Below, piece by piece: positions 57,759-64,000 of a stretch of DNA of 64,000 nt. This DNA is from Patescibacteria group bacterium. Its GTDB lineage: Bacteria > Patescibacteriota > Patescibacteriia > UBA10025 > JAHIVO01. The notes under the pieces were generated by a model. The model worked only from the letters and a program-made list of their open reading frames with translations, did no database searches and was not told the DNA's origin. Each line of letters opens with the position of its first letter. The stretch's first letter is position 1. The stretch lies in NCBI GenBank assembly GCA_028718605.1, contig JAQULM010000001.1, positions 337,073 to 401,072 of the forward strand, read 5' to 3'. The translations under genes and the position numbers were made by a program.

Positions 57759-57840
57759 TAGAAAATGCACACCTTTCACGGTATGTTACATTACCTAAAA
57801 ATAGAATTGTACCCCCACGATTGCCACGAGGAGAAGCCGT

Positions 57841-57869
57841 TTGACAAAACAGCTGTTTGCTACAATAAT
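57841..57869 (+). promoter_or_regulatory. candidate promoter for 57924 gene (-35 TTGACA; -10 TACAAT at 14 nt or AATAAT at 17 nt)
   Basis: A consensus TTGACA at 57841-57846 in the divergent intergenic region. The spacing to the best -10 is ambiguous. Confidence 0.25.
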
Positions 57870-57923
57870 TAATGTACACGTCAGGCGTTTGAGTGTAATC
57901 ATTGTACCATATTTTTGGGCCAA

Positions 57924-58448
57924 ATGTCAATCAACGAAAAAATCGAAAAAACACCTACCGAGCAGCGCCTTAAGTATGCTATGCTTGGGTCCCTTATCAT
58001 TGTAACGTTGGTTGTCGGCGTCAGCCTTGCGAGCTATTACTACGGGAAACGGGCGACCTCAGAACTCGCGAAGTCCCCCATCCCGGTCATTGACGTTTCG
58101 ACAGTCTCAAAACAGCGTGTCCTCGGCGCGGCGATGTATAGTTGGCAGGGAACGGTTGTCGAACGAAACGGTTCAGCATTGAGCTTCAAGGCCTCTACAA
58201 AAAATGATGATGGGTCTCCGAGGGAAGCAAACCTCATCGCAACGATAAATGATGCCACGGAGCTCCTCCAATGGAATCTCACGACGTCCGCCGCACCAAG
58301 CCAAAACACAAGCACGAAGCAGCCAATCTCGCTCGATGATATCAACCCGGGTGTACAAGTCCTCGTCCAAGCAACAAATGATGCCAACAGCGATGGCGAA
58401 GTCCAGGCAGAAAGAATTTTAGTGCTCACAACGCCAACGGCCCCATAA
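57924..58448 (+). CDS. hypothetical membrane-anchored protein
   Basis: The track start at 57915 is TTG; the ATG at 57924 (MSINEK...) is used. There is one TM helix 'AMLGSLIIVTLVVGVSLASYYY' and no recognisable family. Confidence 0.45.
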   Translation: MSINEKIEKTPTEQRLKYAMLGSLIIVTLVVGVSLASYYYGKRATSELAKSPIPVIDVSTVSKQRVLGAAMYSWQGTVVERNGSALSFKASTKNDDGSPREANLIATINDATELLQWNLTTSAAPSQNTSTKQPISLDDINPGVQVLVQATNDANSDGEVQAERILVLTTPTAP

Positions 58449-58502
58449 TCACCCCCTGTTAACCATCGTAACATTTATTACTATTAATCATTATTAAAAA
58501 GT

Positions 58503-59060
58503 ATGGGAACAACGACAATCATCATTCTCGTCGCCATCGTAGCCGTCGTACTGTGGTTCATCGCAGTCTACAACGGCCTCATCAAGCTCAGGAACCAGAC
58601 CGATGAAGCATGGTCAGACATCGACGTCCAGCTCAAACGGCGATATGACCTCATTCCGAATCTCGTAGAAACCGTAAAAGGCTATGCAAAACACGAACGC
58701 GAACTTTTTGAAAAAGTTACGCAAGCGCGATCCGCAGCGATGGGTGCGCAAAGCATCGAGGAAAAAGGCAAGGCTGAAGACATGCTGTCTGGCACTCTCA
58801 AGAGCCTTTTCGCGATTGCGGAGAATTACCCGCAGCTACGTGCAAATGAAAACTTCCTGAAACTGCAGGACGAGCTCTCGGATACCGAGAACAAAATCCA
58901 GGCAGCGCGCAGATTCTACAACGGAAACGTCAGGGATTTCAATACGAAGATCCAGGTTTTCCCGAATAACATGATCGCCGGGATGCTTGGATTCAAGAAA
59001 TATGAATTCTTCCAGCTCGAAGAAGCCGCGGCAAAAGAACCGGTCAAGGTACAGTTCTAA
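58503..59060 (+). CDS. lemA: LemA family protein
   Basis: 185 aa. An N-terminal TM helix is followed by 'YNGLIKLRNQTDEAWSDIDVQLKRRYDLIPNLVETVKGYAKHE', the LemA signature. Confidence 0.85.
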   Translation: MGTTTIIILVAIVAVVLWFIAVYNGLIKLRNQTDEAWSDIDVQLKRRYDLIPNLVETVKGYAKHERELFEKVTQARSAAMGAQSIEEKGKAEDMLSGTLKSLFAIAENYPQLRANENFLKLQDELSDTENKIQAARRFYNGNVRDFNTKIQVFPNNMIAGMLGFKKYEFFQLEEAAAKEPVKVQF

Positions 59061-59127
59061 TATTTTTCTACTGGCGTAATAACCATCCCAGCGCGCCCTC
59101 TCGTACGGTGCGCTGGGTTCGAAACAA

Positions 59128-60018
59128 ATGGCTACAATCTACACTCACATCGCTGCAAGCAAACGCCGCTCTCTCATACTCCTTCTCTGCACCTTTGCTG
59201 TCCTCATCGCGATCGGATATACGATTGATTATGTCGAAGGAAGCGGCGGATACTTCTGGGTATTCATTGCATTCATATATGCCCTTATGAGTGCCCTTAT
59301 CGGCTACTACTCTGGAGATAAAATCGCTCTCTGGACCTCAGGGGCAACGCCGGTTACGAAAGAACAGAATGCATACGTAGTGCGGATGGTTGAAAATCTG
59401 GCAATCACGGCTGGCCTACCGATGCCAAAAGTGTATATAATCCCCGACGACGATATCAACGCGTTTGCGGCTGGGCGGGATCCGCAGCATGCCTCTGTCG
59501 CAATCACGCAGGGCGCGATCCAGAAACTGCAGAATGAGGAGCTCGAAGGCGTGATCGCACATGAGCTGTCGCACGTCGGAAATTATGACATCCGGTACAT
59601 GACACTCGTCATCGTTCTCGTCGGCACGATCATGATGCTCTCGGATATCTTCTGGAGAACAAGATTTATTGGCGGCAGGCGCAGCGGCGGGAGTAACCGG
59701 GGCAACGCCGGGGGAATCCTGCTCATTATCGGCCTCGCACTCCTTATACTATCGCCGATTGTCGCACAGCTTATACGCATGGCGATTTCCAGAAAGCGTG
59801 AATACCTCGCAGATGCATCAAGCGCTCTTCTGACGCGATACCCTGAGGGCCTCGCCCGGGCGCTTGAAAAAATCCGCGACCAGGGAGCGCGCATAGAACG
59901 GGCTACCAACTCAACCGCGCACCTCTACATCGCAAACCCGATGTCAAAAGGCTTAAGCGGGCTTTTCTCGACCCACCCACCGATTGATAAACGAATCGCA
60001 GCGCTCCGGCAAATGTAA
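59128..60018 (+). CDS. htpX: M48-family zinc metalloprotease HtpX
   Basis: 296 aa. 'HELSHV' is the HExxH zinc motif. It has the four-TM topology and is conserved as a lemA-htpX pair. Confidence 0.85.
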   Translation: MATIYTHIAASKRRSLILLLCTFAVLIAIGYTIDYVEGSGGYFWVFIAFIYALMSALIGYYSGDKIALWTSGATPVTKEQNAYVVRMVENLAITAGLPMPKVYIIPDDDINAFAAGRDPQHASVAITQGAIQKLQNEELEGVIAHELSHVGNYDIRYMTLVIVLVGTIMMLSDIFWRTRFIGGRRSGGSNRGNAGGILLIIGLALLILSPIVAQLIRMAISRKREYLADASSALLTRYPEGLARALEKIRDQGARIERATNSTAHLYIANPMSKGLSGLFSTHPPIDKRIAALRQM

Positions 60019-60067
60019 GTGATAATGTGCAAGGAACCCATCCAGTTCGATTAATCAAGTTAAAACC

Positions 60068-60205
60068 ATGACACCCGAAAAACCTGAACTCGAAACAGAG
60101 GTAGTTACGAAAGTTGCGACATCGACAAAGATTGCACTTGGCATCGCGATTGTCGCTGGCGTCGGTGCTGTTATTGCGATCACGTTCGGATTGTTCAGTT
60201 CGTAA
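60068..60205 (+). CDS. possible 45-aa single-TM peptide
   Basis: ATG ORF MTPEKPELETEVVTKVATSTKIALGIAIVAGVGAVIAITFGLFSS, under the track's 60-aa cutoff, with one hydrophobic helix. Support is weak. Confidence 0.25.
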   Translation: MTPEKPELETEVVTKVATSTKIALGIAIVAGVGAVIAITFGLFSS

Positions 60206-60273
60206 CTCCACTATCGCGGAATCGCGCAGTAAAATGTTTGGCTCTTCTTTTCGGCGAACGGTTTGCCTAACGA

Positions 60274-60302
60274 TTGACAAAACCACGTTTTTTTGCTAAA
60301 AT
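60274..60302 (+). promoter_or_regulatory. sigma70-like promoter for 60333 gene (-35 TTGACA, 17 nt, -10 TAAAAT)
   Basis: TTGACAaaaccacgtttttttgcTAAAAT, followed by an A-rich leader with no SD. Confidence 0.45.
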
Positions 60303-60332
60303 AAAGCCATACAATAACAAAAAACAAAAACT

Positions 60333-63158
60333 ATGGACACAAAAAACGGGATTACCCAGTGGCTCGCGCAAGCACGGCAAGCTGGTCTTAGTAATGAGCA
60401 AATCTCGGGGCAGTTAAAAGCTGCGGGCTGGAGTACCGAGCAGATCAACCAAACGCTCCATCCTCTTCCGCTCATACCATCTGCGCATGATATTGCCGAG
60501 CATATCAGCCCAACAAAATCCCGAAAGCGCATTTCAAAAAAAACTGCGGTTTTAGTATCTGTCGGGGCGTTTGTGCTGCTGCTCATCGGCGGTGGCGTTT
60601 TTGCGTACATGAAAGGATACCTGCCGCTGCCATTCCTGTCGAAAGACGCGCAAGACCTGCTCATGAAATCATTCACCAAGCTCGGGCAGGCAAAGAGCGG
60701 CGAAGTCGGGTTCACGTTTGAAGTTGTGGCCGAAGACCGCGCCGAAGGGCTCGAACCAATCGCCATGGAAAATTCATCGGAGGACACGCCCAGCGAAAAA
60801 GCCTCACAAAATGCGCAGCTGAACTCCGATGCTTCGCAAATACGGACCGGGCTCGTCTTGTACGCGGACGACAATCAATCTACCTACCCCGCAACGTTGG
60901 CCCCACTCGCACCGGCTTATTTATCGAAGCTTCCCACGCAACCGGACAACAAACCATTCGTGTACACGGTCGCGGCTGACAAAAAATCATACACGCTCTC
61001 GTTCAGTTGCGTCACGGGTGACGTCAAAACCGGAACATTTGACAGCGAGGGTAACTCAACAATGTGCACGTCCTCTAGTGACACGGCCTTTGACGTCTCA
61101 ATGCTTTCCTATGTTGATGAATTGGTGAATGCCCTGCCGACCGACCTTCGGATATTCGGTGATATTACAGTATTCATGAATTACGCAAAGGATGCAAAAG
61201 AGGAACAGCAGGGCATCGTTACGGCAAAAGGAGGCTACAGCTCAAGCGGCATGACAGTAAGCATTGACGGAGAAGTCCGAATCAAGAACGGAAAAACGTA
61301 TGCAATCATACGAGAATTTCCGAGCTTCTTCATGGCGGATATCAGCGCTATCAGCAACAAATGGATTGAATATGACCCGGATGAAAACTCCTCCTTAGAC
61401 TCGTTCGATTTCCAGGATATTACAAACAGTTTCACTTCCGGGCTGCCTGCGATGGAGGACGAAAACGTGAAAAACAAACTGAAAGCGGAAATCGTCCCCC
61501 TTACAACCACCGCGTTTGATACCGGATTATTCACCGCAGTACGCGATGGATCAGAAACGCTGAATAACCATCCGACACATAAAGTAAAAATCACAATAGA
61601 TCCGAGTAAAATTCCCGCATTCGCAGAAAAATACCGCGCAGGCGCAAAAGAACGTAACGCTGATCTCTCGAGTGATGCCCTGAAGCCTATCACCAAGGTC
61701 ATCGATGCGATGAATAAGCCGGAAGTTATCACACAGCTCACGGAATTTTTTAAGAACGTACATCTGACCGCATGGATCGACCAATCGGGAAATGACATGC
61801 GTAAGCTTACCGCGACCGTCATCATCGTTCCCCCGGATAAATACGAAAAGTTCAATGAAAAACAGGTCCGTTTCACGATCGGCTTCACGTTCGACCATCT
61901 CGGCGAGCAGCCCTCGGTCGACGTGCCGAACGATACCATATCGGCCGATGAAGCTGAGCGGCTTCTGAGCGGAAAAACGGTTGAAGAACAACAGTTCGAG
62001 AAGCAGCGCCGCGCCGTGGACAGCATCCGATCAGCGCTCGGTCAGTACTATCAGATAAAACAAACGTACCCGGAGAATCTCAACGACCTGCTCGAAAACA
62101 GGCCCGCTGCGACGAACAGCAACACAAACTCCAACAATTTCTACAGCGCAAAAAAAACAGTACCGACTGATGCGTATTCGAGTAAATCATTCGCCTACGC
62201 TTCAACGGGCAGCGATTATACCCTGACCTATACTATAAAATTTCCCACGGGGACGTCTGAAAACTCGTACACCCTCGACTATTACAAAGGAATGTATGTG
62301 GACGGGACGAACACGGCCACTAAAAATTTCCTCTCAAAAGAAGCAGAGGCCAACAAGGATAGCGATAACGACGGCCTTTCTGATACCGAAGAAACACGGT
62401 ATGGGACAAACAAGTATTTGAGAGACACGGATGGCGACGGGTACACAGACAAGGAGGAAATTGATGCTGGCTACGATCCACTGACAAGGTCCTCCAGCAG
62501 CAGCAGCAACGTCAACACCACCGTCCCCCTAACAGCTCTGCCCGAAGCATATCTCAATACCCAAAACCACCATTACCCTGAATCATCCGGAACGGTCAAC
62601 ATCCCAATATCACTCACCACGTCCTCATCAGAGGACGTTTCTGTAGAATACAACATCGTCGGCGGCGAAGCGACGAATGCGGTAGATTATTCATTGCCCG
62701 TGCACGGAACCGTCACTATTCCTGCCAACGCAAAGGAAGCCCAGTTAAGCTTTCAAATTATCGACGATACTGACGTTGAGGCAGGTGAAAGTATTATTAT
62801 TGAGCTGGTGGATGCTGAAAATGCTCAGGTTATCCGATCGAATAAACAATACCGAAAAACAATTATCATTGAAACAAGTGATGGCCCGGAACCGTATTGC
62901 ACCGATTCAGACGGTGGCAATGTCTACGATGTGTTCGGTGAAGTCAAGTATTTTGTATACGGTCATAACGAAGAATGGTCATTTCCTGATACATGCCGGG
63001 AGGAAAAAAATGGTACAAACGTAACGAGCGGGCAATATATCGTTGAACAAAATTGCTACGGATCACAGGGATCCAACCAACCCAATACATCCGGATCAGC
63101 GAGCATCGTAGAATGCCCCGGCGGTTGTTTAAATGGTGTCTGCGCAGGCAAGGATTAG
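60333..63158 (+). CDS. large membrane-anchored surface protein (941 aa) with Calx-beta-like domain and thrombospondin-type-3-like Asp-rich Ca-binding repeats
   Basis: The N-terminal roughly 40-aa 'WLAQARQAGLSNEQI' module is followed by a TM helix. 'DSDNDGLSDTEETRYGTNKYLRDTDGDGYTDKEEIDAGYDPL' is a TSP3-like motif. 'VEYNIVGGEATNAVDYSL...IIDDTDVEAGESIIIELV' is a Calx-beta motif. The C-terminus is Cys-rich. Confidence 0.8.
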   Translation: MDTKNGITQWLAQARQAGLSNEQISGQLKAAGWSTEQINQTLHPLPLIPSAHDIAEHISPTKSRKRISKKTAVLVSVGAFVLLLIGGGVFAYMKGYLPLPFLSKDAQDLLMKSFTKLGQAKSGEVGFTFEVVAEDRAEGLEPIAMENSSEDTPSEKASQNAQLNSDASQIRTGLVLYADDNQSTYPATLAPLAPAYLSKLPTQPDNKPFVYTVAADKKSYTLSFSCVTGDVKTGTFDSEGNSTMCTSSSDTAFDVSMLSYVDELVNALPTDLRIFGDITVFMNYAKDAKEEQQGIVTAKGGYSSSGMTVSIDGEVRIKNGKTYAIIREFPSFFMADISAISNKWIEYDPDENSSLDSFDFQDITNSFTSGLPAMEDENVKNKLKAEIVPLTTTAFDTGLFTAVRDGSETLNNHPTHKVKITIDPSKIPAFAEKYRAGAKERNADLSSDALKPITKVIDAMNKPEVITQLTEFFKNVHLTAWIDQSGNDMRKLTATVIIVPPDKYEKFNEKQVRFTIGFTFDHLGEQPSVDVPNDTISADEAERLLSGKTVEEQQFEKQRRAVDSIRSALGQYYQIKQTYPENLNDLLENRPAATNSNTNSNNFYSAKKTVPTDAYSSKSFAYASTGSDYTLTYTIKFPTGTSENSYTLDYYKGMYVDGTNTATKNFLSKEAEANKDSDNDGLSDTEETRYGTNKYLRDTDGDGYTDKEEIDAGYDPLTRSSSSSSNVNTTVPLTALPEAYLNTQNHHYPESSGTVNIPISLTTSSSEDVSVEYNIVGGEATNAVDYSLPVHGTVTIPANAKEAQLSFQIIDDTDVEAGESIIIELVDAENAQVIRSNKQYRKTIIIETSDGPEPYCTDSDGGNVYDVFGEVKYFVYGHNEEWSFPDTCREEKNGTNVTSGQYIVEQNCYGSQGSNQPNTSGSASIVECPGGCLNGVCAGKD

Positions 63159-63176
63159 TTAATCAACATTTGATTC

Positions 63177-64000
63177 ATGGATCATCGTGAACTATTACAC
63201 TGGCTCCGGGAAGCTCGCGCGCAGGGGCTTTCCGACATGGACATCCAGCGGCACCTCCACGATGCCGGCCTCTCCCATAGGCAAATCAATATCCTCCTCG
63301 TCAACGGGTACGTCCCGATCGGCGAGAGCGAATCAATGCTGGATACCGTCGAGGTAGAGCGCGCTCTAACCCTTCCCCAGGCACGTATCATTTTCCGGGA
63401 GTCCTCCAAAATTTTCAAACAGCGGGCGGGAACATTCATGGCCATTTCGTTCTTTTTTGCTATCCCCTTCGTTCTGATGTTAACTATTTGCGCGCTTGTA
63501 TTGAGCTCCCTTTTCAGCACATCCGGCGACACAACCGGGTACAGCACGCTTGATCTCACCGATGGAACGCTCATTGTCCTGCTTGGACTGGCCGTGGGAA
63601 CCGGAATCATTGGTAGCTTCATAGTTGCGTGGTTTCAGAGCGCTATCACGATGGTCATCACCAACCCCGGCGGAGCGCAAACCCACGGCACAATTATCAA
63701 AAAATCATGGCGCCATATCCGTTCCGTCTGGTTGACCGTGCTCCTCGCAACGGCAGTAGCAATCGGCGGTACGGTGCTCGCCGTTATCCCTGGTATTGTG
63801 TTTGCGGTGGAATATGCGTTTGTAATATTTATTGCGATAACCGATGGCGTCGGGGGTTCGAAGGCGCTTATGGCAAGCAGACACTATTCACGACGCGCCA
63901 TCCTCCCTCTTATGAGCAGATTTGGAATCCTCCTTGTGCCGCTTGTTGCGCTTGTTAGCCTGCTGGGATGCGGAACGGCTTCATTATCCTCGCATATTTC
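63177..64000 (+). CDS. polytopic membrane protein (partial, continues past window end) sharing N-terminal module with upstream 941-aa protein
   Basis: The ATG at 63177 opens a reading frame that runs to the window end without a stop. It is absent from the track because no stop is present. 'LLHWLREARAQGLSDMDIQRHLHDAGLSHRQIN' aligns with the N-terminus of 60333..63158. Several TM helices follow. Confidence 0.55.
   Translation, partial: MDHRELLHWLREARAQGLSDMDIQRHLHDAGLSHRQINILLVNGYVPIGESESMLDTVEVERALTLPQARIIFRESSKIFKQRAGTFMAISFFFAIPFVLMLTICALVLSSLFSTSGDTTGYSTLDLTDGTLIVLLGLAVGTGIIGSFIVAWFQSAITMVITNPGGAQTHGTIIKKSWRHIRSVWLTVLLATAVAIGGTVLAVIPGIVFAVEYAFVIFIAITDGVGGSKALMASRHYSRRAILPLMSRFGILLVPLVALVSLLGCGTASLSSHI

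Noticed and set aside
59061-59127. GC-rich hairpin (CCCAGCGCGCC...GGTGCGCTGGG) between lemA and htpX as a terminator.
   Set aside because: It is not followed by a U-tract, and lemA-htpX is a conserved co-transcribed pair. More likely it is an mRNA structural element or attenuator, so it was not called as a terminator.
63182-63622. 146-aa minus-strand ORF at the 3' end of the window.
   Set aside because: The plus-strand frame from ATG 63177 is open to the window end. It encodes a protein whose N-terminus aligns with the upstream 941-aa protein and is followed by TM helices. The minus-strand ORF is the antisense artefact.

Overview
This is a bacterial chromosomal window that is almost entirely coding. 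Most genes lie on the minus strand in long co-directional runs. Intergenic regions are AT-rich and carry recognisable sigma70-like -35/-10 pairs and hairpin terminators. Conserved housekeeping genes (rpe, rpiB, ndk, gatC, gatA, ligA, lemA, htpX, tRNA-Pro) translate cleanly under the standard code.

Layout, low to high coordinate:
- 1..7240: pentose-phosphate genes, two hypotheticals, tRNA-Pro(GGG), ndk, an orphan CheY-like receiver, gatC-gatA.
- 7241..7868: a roughly 630-nt non-coding gap with structured elements.
- 7869..9890: ligA.
- 9918..15409: a fimU-pilVWX-like minor-pilin block with the prepilin peptidase pilD and a pilin.
- 15477..26693: an 11.5-kb glycan-biosynthesis and export island. 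It holds a GT2-Wzy_C(O-antigen-ligase-like)-TPR fusion, four GT2 genes, three SAM methyltransferases and a Wzm/Wzt ABC exporter. Type IV pilin genes flank it on both sides.
- 26872..36078: a second pilin (own promoter, strong SD, terminator), pilC, an orphan CheY-like receiver, pilB, an FN3-domain protein, pilO, a pilN with a roughly 480-aa proline-rich insertion, and pilM.
- 36099..57758: four tandem genes for giant secreted repeat proteins (3742, 823, 1950 and 691 aa) directly upstream of pilM on the same strand.
- 57924..64000: lemA, htpX, and two tandem membrane or surface protein genes sharing a short N-terminal module.

No secretin, pilP/pilQ or pilT is present, which suggests a monoderm-type pilus. 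Taken with the giant repeat proteins, a Patescibacteria/CPR-like or Gram-positive-like lineage is a weak inference. No CRISPR array, transposase or integrase was seen.

Many N-termini in the ORF track start at TTG or GTG. I re-read those codons and moved the starts to downstream ATGs where sequence context supported it.

The two most interesting candidates are the pilin-flanked glycosylation island, a putative pilin O-glycosylation system, and the giant-protein array co-oriented with the pilus assembly genes.
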